Shown: positions 36,990 to 54,523, numbered from the stretch's first letter. The stretch: DNA of 64,000 nt from Vitrella brassicaformis CCMP3155 (GCA_001179505.1 CDMY01000850.1:124001-188000); one strand, 5' to 3'. Made by a program: numbers and translations. Notes: a model not told the origin generated them from the sequence alone.

Positions 36990-39498
36990 CTAGTAGGGCG
37001 CGGAACGGTAAGGCGCGCCGCCACTGGGTGGGTAGCTGGTCCTGTAGTTGTTCCTGTAGGCGCCATAGCCGCTGCCATAGCCCCCACCTCCTCCTCCAGC
37101 AGAAACAGCCCCCGGCTGATGCATCTGACCGCCTTGATGGTGCTGATATCCGTACCCACCTGCCCCGCCGCCAGAAGCAGCAGAAGCCGCGTACCCGCCC
37201 CCCTGTGTGCCTGCTGCTGCTGCGGGGGGCGCCTGCTGCTGCTGTTGCTGCTGTTGTTGGGACGACGGCGTGTTGCCGTAGCCGGTGGTGGGCTGCTGCT
37301 GGCGATGGTGGTGTTGGTGCTGCTGCTGTTGGTCTGGTGGAGGAGGCATGCTGTATCCGTAGCTGGACGGCCCGTAGCTGGCGCTGTAGCGGTAGGGGTC
37401 CGGGGGAGGCGCCGACGCTGATCGATCCGATCCATGTGACACCGCAAAGCAAGACAAGAGACACGCATCAAACACCAAACATCAGACACGTCATTGCTGT
37501 CAGAATGCTGTGTGCATCTCACTCACTCACCATAAGGGTCAGGAGCATAGGGGTCATAGCCGCCCCTGCTGTCGTAGTAGCCCCCGCTGCCCTCCGGCGC
37601 CTGCTGGTGGTGGTACATGCCGTTGGACGCGCCACGGTCGCCATACATGCCGCCGCCACGATGATCGTAGCCACCACCGCCACCGTAGCTCCCGCCGTAG
37701 CCGTCATATGACCCATAGCCGCTGTAGCCATTGTAGCCATCTGCACAGCACACCGACACCAGAGTGAGATATGTGTGTCAATGGGGTGGTTGGTTGGCTC
37801 CCTCGCTGACTTGTGGTGGGCATGAAGTCCCTGTCTTTGGGCGGCGTGATGGGTGACGCGAATCTGCCGGCCATGCCGACATTGTCCCTCCTGCCCATGC
37901 CCTCACGCAGCCCCCCTCCCCCCATGCCCCCGCCGTCCCTCCAGCCTGCCCCCATGGCTGTGCGGGGTGGTCGGCTGCCCAGCGCCAGATAGGCACTCGC
38001 ATCCGCACCACGCGGCACTGCACGCTTGACCTCTATCTGCACATAGACGGAGAGACAGACAGACAGACAGACATGCGTGTGTGCGTGTCTGGTGGGTGCT
38101 GGTTGGCTGGCTGACCCATTTGTTCTCGATGTAGTGGTCGTTGAATCGCTTGATGACCTCATCAACGGTCTCGGGGTCCTCGAAGTCAACAAAACCGAAA
38201 CCTGCACGTAATCATTCACACACACATGCACCGTCACATCGATAAATGAGATGCACTCGCTGTCCGACTCTCCTGCCTGCCGAGCCGAGCCGAGCGTACC
38301 TCTGTGTTTGTTGGTGTCGCGATCGACCATGACGATGCAGTCCTTGATGGCCCCGAACGAACTGAAATACTCCTCAAGCATCTCTGCACCCACCCACCCA
38401 CCCACCCACACACACAGAAACGAAAAGAAAGATGAGGGGCACATCAGACCTCAGACGAGGGCATGCAGTGCAGCATGGACGGCATGGCATGATCCGTCAA
38501 GCGGCACTAGCAAAGCGAGCGAGCCGAGCCATCTGCCCTTACGGACTAGAGCCAGTCAGCCTACGCCCGCCCCCTTGCCATGCCCTGCCTTGGCTACAGT
38601 ATGAAAATGCATCGGTTGCTCCCTCCCTGCCTCCACCGATGCATCCATCGATCGATCCATGCATCTACCTTTGTTGCACACACTGGGCAGTCCTCCTACA
38701 AATATCTTGGTGCTCCTCGGCCCGCTAAGGGGGTCTCTAGTAGAGGCGGCAGGGTCAGGTAGGGGAGCGGCCATCTGGTCCCGCGGACGGGCCCTCTTAC
38801 ACTCTACCTAACGTGACGAGAGAAAGAAAGAAACAGCACATGCACACAATAAACAAATACGCAGCCATTCAGTCATTCCTAGTCGACAAGGAAGGCACAG
38901 AGAGAGAGACAGACAGACAGGCAGGCAGGTGCCTACAGCAAGGCAAGGCGGTCTAAGTGTGTCACAAAACGTGACACGCCCATGCCATGCCAGCCAGACC
39001 TAGCCAAGCCAGCCTGCCTCGCAACTAGCACAGCAACCGACACCCTCCACCTTTCCTCCAGCCACTGACTGACCTGTTTGCCGTCGAGTGAGTGGCTCTG
39101 GCCGAGCACCGTCTCCGTCGTGAGGTCGTCAACAAACGTGACGAAGCCAAACCCCCGGCACCGACCTGACGACCAAACACGCAATGCACGCACGGCTTGT
39201 CTGGTGCGCGGGGCAGGGCTGCGGCGTCTCGCTGTGTCGTATCCGTCAAGGCGTACCAGTGTTCTGGTCCATCATGAGGACGCTGTCGGTCACCTCACCG
39301 AAGCCCTCGAAATACGCACGGAAGTGGTCTGCAGCATCGCACCGCAGCCCACGAGACAGACAACAATGCCGCACCGGCACACTTGTGTGTGCAGTGCATC
39401 CGGTTCTGCCTCTGCTCACCTTCTGTGACTCCGTCGGGCACGCCTCCCACAAACAGCTTGTGGGTGCCGCTGCCCTGACCCTTCTCACCCTCTGCCAT
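36990..39498 (-). CDS. hnRNP A/B / Musashi / Hrp1-like RNA-binding protein (2 RRM plus G/Y/Q-rich tail)
   Basis: RNP2 KLFVGGV and KIFVGGL; RNP1 RGFGFVTF and R|GFGFVDF; IEVKRAVPR; low-complexity GYGS/Q tail ending YRSAPY*. Confidence 0.9.
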
Positions 39499-39900
39499 CG
39501 CCAAGCGCCGTTTGCGAAGAAAAAGCCGGGGATTCAGTCACTGCACTGCCACTGGCGGCGGGAGTCTTCACACGAGAGGGCAGCGAATGAAGAAGTCCGG
39601 AAGCTCGCAACGATGCGAGCTCGAGGAAGGAGGAAAGGGGGAGAGGAAGGAAGGAGAGCCTGAGTGTTTCTTCTGTTTGTTGAATGCTGCATTGCCCGAG
39701 AATCCGTCCGCATCTCATCTCTTTCAGCCGCTTACCCCACCCAGACCTTCTCGCAGCCCCTCGCCGGTATTGAGGGGAGCCCTTGACCTCCGAGCAGCTG
39801 TAAAAAGGTGCCGCCCACGCCCCCTCTCCCGCCCTCCCCGTGACCATCGGCCACTCATCACCCTCTTGCTTCCCCGGTTGGTCTCTCTCTTTCGCCCACG

Positions 39901-42921
<3,021 letters not shown>

Positions 42922-44393
42922 GCCGTCCGTCGCCCCACTCGGAGGGATCGGTCGGCCGTTCTCCCGCTCTTCTTTTCTTGTTGGTTGAACTTGTCTATCT
43001 GCCAACCTGACCGATTGCTTGCTCGCTCTCTTCGTGCCCGACTACCTGCCTACCTGCCCGCCTGCTTGTGTGTGTACGCGTGTCTACCATGGTGGATGGA
43101 TGGATGGATGGGCGGATGGATGGATGTGGTGCTTTCTGCTAGTTGAATGGGATGCTGCCGTGTCGTGCCGTGCCATTGCCTGCTGTGGTTTGCTCACTCA
43201 ATCACCACCCATATGCAGTCAGCCAGTCAGTGAGCCTGTTTGCTGTGCGGTCGGTCGATCGGTCGGCCGTGCAGTGCTTGATTTCATGCATGCCTCCATG
43301 ACACACATCACTCACTACAAAGGGCAGACCTAAATCAGGGTGCCCGACCCGCCCTCCCACACACACACCTACCTACCTATAGATACACCCGCTTCAGTTG
43401 AAGGGAGGAAGGACACGGAAGGACACACAGACAGATCCGGACACCGACTCACGGACGGACGGACGGACGGACACACACACAACAGGGAGGGATATGGCGA
43501 GAGAGACTGGCTGGCTGGCCGGCTGCATGACATCCGCAGATATTGATCCTGACATGGTGTAGCCGGCCGGGTGGATGGGATGGATGGCGTCAGTCACATA
43601 TTTAGTGCATGCCATGGCCATGCAGCGTGCATTCATTGATCATATCGGACGAGCGACTGACTAACAGCTGTGTGTACGCTTGTGTGTGTGTGTCCAGGGC
43701 CCTCTGTGTGTGACCGTGCCGTGCATGACCGCGCGTCACGTCTTGTCTTGTCTTGTCGTGTGTGGGTCCACTGTGGGGGTGCTGGATTGATGGATTGATG
43801 GTGAATGAATGACGTGTGGATTTGGCGGCTGGGGCGGGCCCGGCCGGGCCCCTCGAGACATCGCACGCATCGCAACAACACTCACTCGCACACGTACTCA
43901 CTCAGTCTCGGATGACTTGACAGGCAGGCAGGCAGACATGCAGGAAGGCAGAGACAGGGAGGGAGGGAGGGAGGGAGGGTGGCTGTGTATGTCATGTGTG
44001 TGCAGAGAGACAGTGGTGTGTACGTGTGTGTGCAATTCACTCGTCCACTCATTCGTACAGACAGACAGACAGACAGGCAGATTTGATTGTTGTGCAGCCC
44101 CACTACCCACCCTCCCCCTTTCCACCCACCCCCACTACTTGTCGGTCGCTAACTGACGTGGACTTATTTGCTTGTGTGTACAGATCGATATCGATTCGAT
44201 ATATATTACCGAGTGAGTCGCAGAACCGAACCGGACAGTAATGATTGACATACTTATTTACTGTGATGTCATCTGTCTGTGGTCTTGCTAGACCACACAC
44301 GCAGATTGAAAGTCCCCACGGAAATCTTAAACTCACACGTACCTCACCTCATACACACACAAAAGCGACTCAATAATCTGATTATGGAATCAA

Positions 44394-47300
44394 TCACACC
44401 CGCAGCTCCCTGACGGTAGCTACGACTTGCTGCACCTCCCCCGACACCTGCACAGGCAGATTCCGGTACACCTCATCCCACAGGTCCTCCTCCTGACTCA
44501 GCGACCCGCCCCAACCGTCCTCCCGCAGCTTCGCCAGCGGCCCCACCAGCAGCAGCTTCCCCGGCCCCTCCCGCGCTATCAGGTACTCGGCGTAGGCCCG
44601 TCCGAAAGCCAGCAGCCGCCCCAGCATCACGTGCCGCCACATGGCCTTGCTGTGAGTGTCGTTCTCTGCTGCTGCCATTCCCATGGTGTCTGTGTCGAAT
44701 GCGCCGTCGATTGCGATGATGAAGCAGCGGAATAGGTCGATGAGGGAGCCGGTGAAGGCCTTGCGGGCGTCGTTGGCCTGCTCCTCCTCTCTGGCCACGC
44801 CACCCTCTGTCTCCATGGCCGTGGCCTCTCCCTCGTCCTTCATCTCGCCGCCGTCCGCTGTGCTGTCCATCTGCATGGCCCCGCTGGTGATCTGCCGCTT
44901 GTTCTGGCGGCGTGCGATGCGATAGGCATCGAGTTTCTCCTCGAGCTCGATGAAGCACCGCTGGATGGTCGTCTCGACCAGCTCCCACACCGACCCACTC
45001 AGACACCACGCATCCGTTACGCCAGCGAGGTCGCGGCCGATGCCCGCAGCCAGGGCCTCTATCTCCTTGTCGGGGTCATCGGCCACCGCTGCGTACTCGG
45101 GCTCGCTGTCGACGGCCAGGAGGTGGAGCATGAAGGGGTTGGCCGAGAGGGGCAGGGGCTCGTGCTGGTCCTTGAGGGTGATGCCGAAGAAGAGGAAGTA
45201 GAGCAGGCCTTTGGGCGAGAGCACGCCCAGCTCCAGAAGCTGCTTGGTGACCAGCTCCAGGCGCAGCGGGCAGTGGCGGTAGAAGTCGAACACCAGCCCC
45301 ACCAGCAGCCACTCGAAACCCATGGCCACCCGCACATCCACCTCGACCTCGGGCACCATGTCGGCCGGCTCCTCCCCCCCTCCCTCCCCCTCCCCCTCTC
45401 GTTGCTGCTGCATGTCCTTCTTGGCTTGATATGTGCGCCAGGCGACGGGGGTCATGCCCTTGAGCACCGGGTGGTAGAGGGTGAAGAGGCGGTTCGAGTG
45501 GGTGAGGGTCTTGCTGCCGTGGCCCAGGAGCGTCTTCATGACCAGACACACCAGCCGACCATGCGTCCACACGGGGCCGGTGGGATGAGGGGTCTCGTGT
45601 GCCGCCTCGTTGTGCTGCATCTCTGCCTCTGCCTCTGCCTCCACATCCATTGCTCCGGCGTTGTCACCGTTCACCGCCTCGCCTCCCTCTGCTGGCTGTT
45701 CCTCCTTCACCGCAGCCCCCTCTGGCCCATCGTCCGACCGCCGCTTCTTCCTGGCCGGCTCCTCCCCCTCCCCCTTGTTGTCCTCTCTGGGCGGCTCCAT
45801 CTTGACCGTCGCGGGCTGCCCCTCCAGGCCATGCAGGTACTCGAGCACCTCCTCGCACACCACGGACGGGGATCTCTCGGTGCGGAAGGGGAACCTATGA
45901 CGCAGCTCGGTGGCCTCCTCACACGTCTCGAAGAAGGCCAGTGGGTCGGCCGACTCCCCCTCACCCTCCACCCCTTCAACCCCCTCTTGCCCCTCCTGGT
46001 CTCCCACCATGTGTGAGGTGCCACTTGGCTTGCGAGAGTGGAGGAAGGGCAGGGGCTCGGGGGGCATGTATGGGTGGACAGATGGGGGCAGCACCTGCAG
46101 CAGGTTGCCGTGGAACCACAGCCGCACCAGGCGCTCCAGCACCCGCTTGATGAACCGCAGCAGGTGGGGCGGCGGCCGCTCGCCAACCACCAACCACTGG
46201 CTCCACTCCCACCCATGCCTGTCGCTCTCCTCACTGCCACCCACGGCGGCAGCCTCCCGCGGAGATGCCCCCTCATCGCCTCGGCCGCCCTGTCGGCGGT
46301 CGAGCTTCTCGAGAATAGGCGCCAGGTAGAATGCGAAGGAGTCCGCGAAGCGCTCGAACGCCACTTCGTCAAAGTCGGCCATCTTCCTGGCGATCGAGAG
46401 GATGGCTTTCTCGAGGGGCGTTTTGATTGACTTTTGCAGCAGTGCGAGATGCTGGAAGAGGCGGAAGTAGAAGATGGGGAGTGAGGGGGGGTAGGGGAGG
46501 GTGAGCATCTGGGTGAGGAGTGTCTCGACCAGGATGTACTCGAACTGCGGGTGGCTCAGGGGCAGCCGCAGCAGCTGACGCGCGCACTCGTTGAGGTCGC
46601 CCGAGAAGGTCGACACCGTGCACCAACACAACTCGTCTACCAACCACCTGATATGATCCCATCAAAACACACACACTCACACGGACACACATCAGACACC
46701 TACCGACCAGCCGAGTTTGTGCGTGTGTCACACTCCACTCACCTGTCGTAATCTGGCATCGGGGTGTCGACGGACGCAATGGTCGAGGGAATCGGACAGC
46801 ACACGGACGGCACCCACGGCCGCCGCTGCAAGTCCGCCCCACTCACACTCAAGCTCAGCCCAGACATTGCCGCATTCCCACCCTCAGCCGTCTCCTCGCC
46901 GCCCTCCACGCCGATCTCCTTGGCGAAGTTGGGGCTCTCCGACAGCCGCAGGATGGCTTTGCACTTCCAGTCTTCCCGCGCCATCGACTGCAGGGCCTCG
47001 TAGAGAGTCTCAAGGCGGTCGGGGGTGGGCACGGCGCTCAGGAAGCTGCCACTGCCGCTGCCGCCCTCGGCTGAGCGGACTGGCTCGAGAGCCCGCTTCC
47101 AGGGGGCCTCTCGCGACTGCATGTGGGCCACTGCTTGCTCCAGCAATGTGTCGATGCGGCCACGGTGAGACGTAAAGCTGCATAGATAAACACAACCAAC
47201 AGCAGAGTAGCATGCAGTGCAGGCATGAGTAGCCCTCCGTTGCCTTGCCACTGTCCTCTCTCCGTGTTAACTACTACTTACATGGGAGAGTTGATCCAGG

Positions 47301-47823
47301 GCAGTGTGGCCAGTGCGAGGAACACGCACAGGTCTCCCCCCTCGTTGGCGGGCACATGCAGCTGCGCCGGAAGGGTGAGCAGGTGCTGCAGGAGGTCGAA
47401 CAGGTGGTCGGGGAGGATGACACTCACATTGGCCAGCTCAGCAAGGAACCGCAGCAGCAGCAGCGCCTGGGTCGGCCGGTGCCCCTTGAGCGCCGTGTCG
47501 AGCTCAAAGATGGTCTTCTCCACCACTTTCCTGCCGAACGCCGCGTACTTGCGTGCGAATCCGACGACGAATGCGGCGTAGATGCTGCTCTTGTGCGGGA
47601 GGTGCATGGCGCACTCGACGACCATGCGGAGGATGAGATCTCCCCTGTCGGCCTTGGTGTAGTCGTCCTCGATGGCCCCGATGAGGCCCTTGATCTGCTG
47701 GAACAGCTTGCCTGAGGAGTCGCCCACGTGAATGATGAGCTTGCGGATGCGGCCGCGGTCGTCCTCTGGACCACCGCCATAGCCACCTCTGTCGCGCCGA
47801 TCGCCACGAGGATAGTACGACAT
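44394..47823 (-). CDS. NCBP1: Nuclear cap-binding protein subunit 1 (CBP80), MIF4G-like repeats
   Basis: RIRKLIIHVGD, VECAMHLPHKSSIYAA, ALLLLRFLAEL, YILVETLLTQMLTLPYPP...FYFRL, FERFADSFAFYL match recalled CBP80 motifs. Confidence 0.85.
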
Positions 47824-48011
47824 CTTCCTCTGCCGCTCTTCTGGTGCGAGCTCTAGCTCGCAACAAGAAGGCGAAACCAAGGCAATTCAGGCGCCCGACA
47901 GAGCGCAGTCGGCCGGCCTCTTACAGGCACTTGCCAACGAGGAAAATCGATTCCATCCATGACATGAACGAGGTCGCGTGAAAATCATCCGGCAGGAGCG
48001 TAGAGGGCAAC

Positions 48012-49727
48012 ATGGGCAACAACCATACTGCGAACCGCCATGGTGCCGTTATCGACAACCAGACACTGGAGTTCCTTCACAAAGCCGACAGAGATGCCCT
48101 CCACACGTATGCAAACCACACACGAGTCAATGAGGGAGGGGGAGCGACTGGGGAGCGGCAGTTGACAGCTGTGTGTGTTCGGGTGTGTTGTGCCATCTGT
48201 GTATGTGTGCAGCCGGTCGGAGGTCGGCAGCCTCAGAGTCACGGCCCACTTCCTCTATGAAGTCGACTTCTCGGCCGCCGTCCTGTGCAACCGACTCAAT
48301 CGCTGCCTGGCGGCCAAGGGACTGCACACCATCATCGCATTCGACGCTCAGCTGGACCGGCCTCTGCTGCTGAAGGCCATCTGGCTGGTGGACACGCAGC
48401 AGTGGACCGAGGTGGCCGATGCGCTGAAGTTGGCGGCTCAGAGAGGCTTCTGCCAGCTGCCCATCACACTGGCTGTGGCGGATTGTGAGCGTCACGATAG
48501 CAAACAGGTGGGCAGATGAGCGTGGCGTGGGTGACTGGCACTCATCTGTCTGTCTGTCTGTCTGTCTGTCTGTCGCGTGTTGTCTGTGTAGGCGTATTTG
48601 GCCGATGTGCGTGTGATTGCGTTGTGGAAGATGGTCGGCCGGCACGTCAACTTCGGCGGCAACTACGGCCGTTTTGAGCTGTTCGACCAGCCGGGCGGCG
48701 GTGTGCGTGCCATCAAGGACGAGCCGGGCTACAAGCTGGACATCAACCCGCCCCTCCCCCCTGCCCACCCATACCACACACACACCATCAACGACAACCC
48801 GCCCGTCAGATCCACAATCTGCCGGCAGGAGGGCGGCTGGACGGCCGATGGTGCGGAGACCACTGATGCATCGATCTCGGCCTTCATCACAAGGGTGATC
48901 CTGGCGGTCTCACTGGCCAATTGGGGCAAGACTCCTTTGGTTCTCATAGACCGGTACGCAGGACAGACCACACTCAGGCAGACACACATCCATCCATCCA
49001 TCCATCCATCCATCAGGGCCTCTTCCCTCTGTTATGTGCTGGTCTCCTCAGGCGTGCTCACGGCGGTGTGCTGGACGGCCTCCTCAACCACTCGCCCCAC
49101 CAGCCCCCCAACCGATGCACCGCCATCATGGCAAGCAGGTTGGACGATAGGTATCCCCCTTTAGAGATTCGGACTGTGCTGCTGACGCCATTCAACGGCC
49201 CATTCGTCGCATGGATCGATCTGTGTATCGTCCCCGACACGAACATAGGTGAGAAAGGGGTCAGAGATCCTCTCTGTTGACTGAGCCATTCTTTGACGTG
49301 TGCTGTTTCGCTGCATGCAGTGTTTGTTTCTGCCCTCACCACCGAGCCGCCAGTGGGTGATGCATCGGATGCCTTCAAGGACCGCCGGCCCGTCACCGCC
49401 CCTCTGGTGGGCGGCCCGCTGGGCAGCACCATCGCAGATATGGTGGTCAACCGACAGGAAGTCGCTGATGAGGGTGAGTGTGCAGCCGGCCGCCTCCGTC
49501 TCGTTATGTCGGCTGGTTGAATCGGTCCTTGTGCTTTGTGCAGAGGAGGGTGCGGATGACGAGGATGGTGAGGATGACGATGACGACGGTAGCGATAGTG
49601 ATGACGGTCAGTGGGGGGCGTGTGTATGTGATTGGGCTTACTCGTACGTGTCCTGCGTGTGCCTTCCCTGTATGTGTGTGCAGACATGGATGGCGAGTTG
49701 GAGGGCGATGCCGATGGCGACGGCTAG
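48012..49727 (+). CDS. Hypothetical protein, probably from a lineage-expanded chromerid family, with acidic C-tail
   Basis: Phase-consistent exons MGNNHT...|RSEVGSLRVTAHFLY...|...FELFDQPGGGVRAIKDEPGYKLDINPPLPPAHPY...DNPPVRSTI.... The family resemblance is from memory only. Confidence 0.65.
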
Positions 49728-50218
49728 CAGTAGCAGGAGGAGAACGAGTGTGAAGAACAGGGGCAGGAGAAAAATGCATGGACGAATGCATTCTGTGAAA
49801 GTCCCGCGTTTTTGGGTATTGGTGGAGGCGATGGATGCGAGAGCGCTTGTCCATCTGATCTGCCTGGGTCTTGACAAATGTGTGTATGTGGCTGGACCCT
49901 GCCATGTGGTTGCATGATCCAAATGCATTGCACTGTCATCCGTCCATTTGAAATCCCCACCCCATCATTCATTCATCCGTCCATCGACAGTCACACACGC
50001 ACTCACGCGAAGGCCAGTCGGTTGTCTGTCTGTCTGTCTGTCTGTCCATCGCCAAGATGAATTCATCACTCATTGCAGAGCTACGCACAGAGAGAGAGAG
50101 AGAGAGGGTGGGTCTGTCGTGTAAGTCAGTATGGCTAACGCTGCGGCATGCACACCTGCAGGCGACTGTCTGACACATAACTCCCTCTCTCTCTTTCTCT
50201 CGCTGCCGAGTGGCTACC

Positions 50219-50249
<31 letters not shown>

Positions 50250-50271
50250 GGCTATCGTGTGGTCTGTCTGT

Positions 50272-51933
50272 CTACTGCGGCGCGTCCACGCCGCCCTCCT
50301 GCCTCTCTCTGTCACTGTCGCTGCCTTTGCTGCTGTCGCTGGTCTGTCGGTGGTCGGCCATGCGTGGGCGCTTGTTGCTCGGGTCGAGGCGCGACTGGGG
50401 ATTTCTTGGGCGGGGAGGGGGCGGGCTGGGCGGACACACAACCTCATCATCGTCACCAAACTGACACACGAGGTCAGCTTTTGTGATGTCTGTCGTGTGT
50501 GGTATCACCCACCTGTTGTTTGTCGATGAGTTTGATGACTTCCTTATCGGTGGAGGCGTCCTGGTCTTGCTGTGCATCGTCGTCTGGCTGGCACTCACAC
50601 TCACACGGCTCCGATGGCCGCACTCGCTTGATGCGGGGCTGGCGCTGTGGGGCTCTGTGGCTGTTGGTGCGTGCGAGGGATGTGTTGGTGGGGCGGCGAC
50701 GGCTGCGGTTGTTGGCGGCGCGGCTGGGGGAGGGCGTCACGTCGTTGCGGCCGCGGCGAGTGGCCCTGGCGAACTCCTGCTCGATCGACGGACAACTGAC
50801 TCACAGTGTCACACATACACACGAGAGAGACGTAGAGTGCATATGTGGGTGTGTGTGTCGGCTGGTGGCGTACTCACTTGGCGTTTGCGTGTTGCATGGA
50901 GAAGCTGTGTCTGTTGCCGGCCTGGCTAATGACCGGCAACATCGAGTGGAGTGACTCAAGCTCCTGCACCGAAACAGACAGACAGACCGCATATACACTG
51001 ATGGATTCATGTGTGCAGCTGGCTGGTGTCATGGTCACCTGCAGCAGTCGTGTGCAAGACGGCAGCGGCGCGAATTTGACCTTGATGCCCACTCTGATCT
51101 GACGCTCACAAGCCGACAGCGCATCCCTGATTGAACACACACACACACACACACTCGTGGATCTCTCCCAAGCTGTGTGTGTGGGTCTGCTTTGCTCACA
51201 TCTCCAATGTGCTGTCGCCGACGGCAACGACCGTGTGAGGGGAGACCGACTTGATCACCTTGTTGAACTTGCGCCTCTGCATCATGACGACAAACCGACA
51301 CAGACACATGGGTGTGTGTTGTGTGGGTGTTGTGTGGTGTGTCAGTTTTTGCCTTCCACTCAGTTATCTTGACGTTGTCGAGTTGAGCCGACAGCATCCT
51401 GACACACACACACACACACACACACGTGTGGACACACACCCAGTGAGCTGGTTGGATGTGTGTGTGTGTGTGTGTGTTACTTGATCTTGTGTTTGGTCAG
51501 GACTTGAAACAGGTTCGGCATCCACCTCTGTGCCGACAGTGTCAGCCAAAGCTCCTCGGCAGCACTCACTATCACAACCATCACACCGTTGCCTACACGA
51601 CACACACCAGACACATGACATCCTCCCTCCCTCCCCCCCTCCCTTTCTTTGTGTCTGTGAGTCTGTGTGTCTGTGAGGCTGACCGATGAGTGTCTCGACC
51701 AGTCCAGTGGCCGCCGCGTCGATCTTCGCTATTAGCTCGACATAGAGTGCCGGCAGCTGTTTGTCCCGCCAGTCGCCGCCGCCGATGCACATGCCGCCGC
51801 TGCCTCCGTTCCTCCGGCCCAGCAGACGCACCAGCACTGAACTCGGCAGCAACGTGTCATCCCTGACAGAGAGACAGACACACACAAAGAGACACATGTA
51901 TGAAAGCATGAATGACCGACGTCTGTCTCTCTG

Positions 51934-51967
<34 letters not shown>

Positions 51968-52084
51968 AGTGTGTGTGTGTCTCAATCACCAGTCGAGGAT
52001 CCACAGTGTCGTCACGTTCTGCCCACCGCTGCTGTCTGATGAGTCGCCAGCCGATGACTCGTCGCCAGCCGGCGTCGACGACAT
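50272..52084 (-). CDS. HAD-superfamily hydrolase-like protein
   Basis: Motif I is joined across an intron: TLWILDW|DDTLLPS (DxDxT). Later VVAVGDS (motif IV-like) and VKFAPLPSCTRLLQ|ELESLHSMLPVI. Basic low-complexity tail. Confidence 0.75.
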
Positions 52085-52426
52085 GAGTCAGACAGAGAGG
52101 GAGGCAGAGCGGCTCTGACTATGCGAGCAGCAACCGATTCGGCTGCTTGCGAGGCCGCTCAGTCACTCACTGCTGCGATCAATTCACTCAGTCAGTCACT
52201 CAGTCAGTCAGTCAGTGTGCATCATCCTCCACTCATCCATCCGTCCATCGATGTGTCGATCGACTGATTCACACTTGCGTACACAATTACATATATAATT
52301 ACACACACGTGTCTGAGAGTTTGTCTCACACAGAGCACACTCACACAGAAAAACCGCGACACGCTTCACAACCAGCTGGCCGACCCAGTGGGTGGACTAC
52401 ACACACAAACGCACACTTCTCCGTCA

Positions 52427-54523
52427 CTAATTGTGCTCTCTGTATTCCTCGTTGATTTCTCTGCCAATGAGGTATCGGCGAATCTCGGACGTCCCCGCCC
52501 CGATCTCATACAGCTTGGCGTCACGAAGGAAACGGCCCGTCGGGTAGTCGTTGATGTAACCTCCACGACACACAAGGCACACATCCATCCATTATCTCAT
52601 TTATGGTCCGTGTCTCTTCTCTCGTTCACTCACCGTTGCCGCCCAGCAGCTGAATGGCCTGCAAAGCCATCCATGTGCCCTTCTCGGCACACGTGAGGAT
52701 GGCCGCGGCGCAGTCTCGCCTCGATGCCTTGCCCTCGTCGTAGGCCTTGCTCAGCGCATACAGGAATGCCCTGTGCGTGAGGAGGGTGGAGTAGAGGTCT
52801 GCCAGGTGGCCCTGCACCAGCTGGAAGTCGCCGATCTTCTGCCCGAATTGCTCACGGGTGTTGACATACGGCACAGCCACGTCGTAGCACGCCTGCATGA
52901 TCCTGATGGACCGACGATAGAGAGGAAGGAAGAACGATAAGACTGGCGGTGGATCGTGTGTGGTGGTCTCCGTTACCCGATCGGGCCTGCCGCGAGCACC
53001 AATCTCTCTGAGTCCAATCCTGTATGAGAAGGCAGCACATGGCATCGCACCACTCTATCGGCCTGTCTGTCCCTGCCGTGCGTACCACTCATTAGGACCT
53101 TCACACCTCCATTGAGGGGTCCGAGGATGTTGGTTGCTGCACAAATCGACGACATCAGGTGCGAGAATCTCTGTGACCGGTATCGTTGTGTCTGCCTCAC
53201 CAGGTACTCGGCAGTTCTCGAAAATGAGCTCGCAGGTCTCGGACCCTCTCATTCCTGCGGCAAACAGCACAGGTCGTGCAGTGCCATCCGCTCTTCACTG
53301 TGGCCCTAAGGCAGTCTTACCGAGTTTGTCGAGCTTTTGGCTGGTCGAGAACCCCGGCATGCCCTTCTCGACCATGAAAGCCGTGATGCCCTTCGCTCCC
53401 GCGTTGGGGTCCGTCTTGGCGTACACCTGCATGACAGTGAATGACAACACCCACACTTGGAGCTGTTGTTGCGTCTGCGGTGTTGGTGGGGTTGCTCACC
53501 ACGAGGACGTCAGCCGAGGGTCCGTTTGTGCACCACATCTTGGTGCCATTGAGGATGTAGGAGTCGCCATCCCGGTCAGCTCGGGTCCTCAGCGACACCA
53601 CGTCGCTGCCAGCACCCTGCACACCACCACACGTACCCACACGCATCAATCAGACTGCCGCCCGGTCCGTCTGCATGTTGCCTGACCGGTTCTGACATGG
53701 AGAGCGCTCCCAGCCAAGAGCCGTCAATCAGCTTGTGAAGATACTTTTCCTTCTGCTCGGCCGAACCCCACCTCACAATCTGAACGCAGACACCCGCTCA
53801 AAGAAGGCAGGCACATCACTTGCCACGGTGTTTTGACAGCTCGTCCCTCCCGGCATGTCCGACCTGGTTGACGCACAGGTTGCTGTGTGCGCCGTAGCTG
53901 AGGGCCACCCCGCCGCTCGTTCGTGACAGTTGCTCCATGATGAGCACGTGCTCCAGATACCCCAGCCCCAAACCGCCTGACACACATGTCAGTGCGCAAC
54001 TCATCATGCGGCGCAGGGCTGCGGACGGACGAGAGATCTCCCATATGCTGTACCGAATTCTGATGGTGCAGTGGGACCCAGCAGACCGAACTCGCCCATC
54101 TTCGGCATCAGGTGCTGCATACACAGACAGACAGACAGACGGACGGACAGACAGCGCGCGCTTCAGAATGTAATGAATTCTCTCTTCCTTGCAGTGTGGC
54201 CTACCCTTGGGAACTTGTCTTCCTTGTCAACTTTGTCTGCGATGGGCGCCAGCTCGTTGTCTGCAAAGGCCCGCACCTGCTCACGCAACTGAACGCCATT
54301 CGAGGCCACAGAAACAACGCCAAACCATCTTCAATGTCAAATGAGGCGGCTGGCTGTGTTCATTGCATCCAACCTGCAGCTGATCTGCCGTAAGGAGGTT
54401 GTCGCACGAGAGAAATGACTGTCCATGTGTGGCGAACGTCCTCGCAGATCCAATTTTCGAACACGAAGATCTCTGCGAAGCACAGCCACGATGCAGAAGG
54501 GCTTTCGACAACGGCCCCAGCAT
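52427..54523 (-). CDS. IVD: Isovaleryl-CoA dehydrogenase, mitochondrial
   Basis: [19 protein letters not shown]|[48 protein letters not shown] (catalytic Glu position of IVD), [17 protein letters not shown]. Basic N-terminal presequence. An alternative start at 54547 is possible. Confidence 0.95.

Noticed and set aside
42922-44393. 1.5 kb gene-free interval
   Set aside because: Microsatellite-rich convergent intergenic region; the ORFs translate to repeat-derived peptides.
44427-46430. Several long ORFs overlapping NCBP1 in other frames or the opposite strand
   Set aside because: Shadow frames of a 2.2 kb GC-rich exon; no recognisable motifs.
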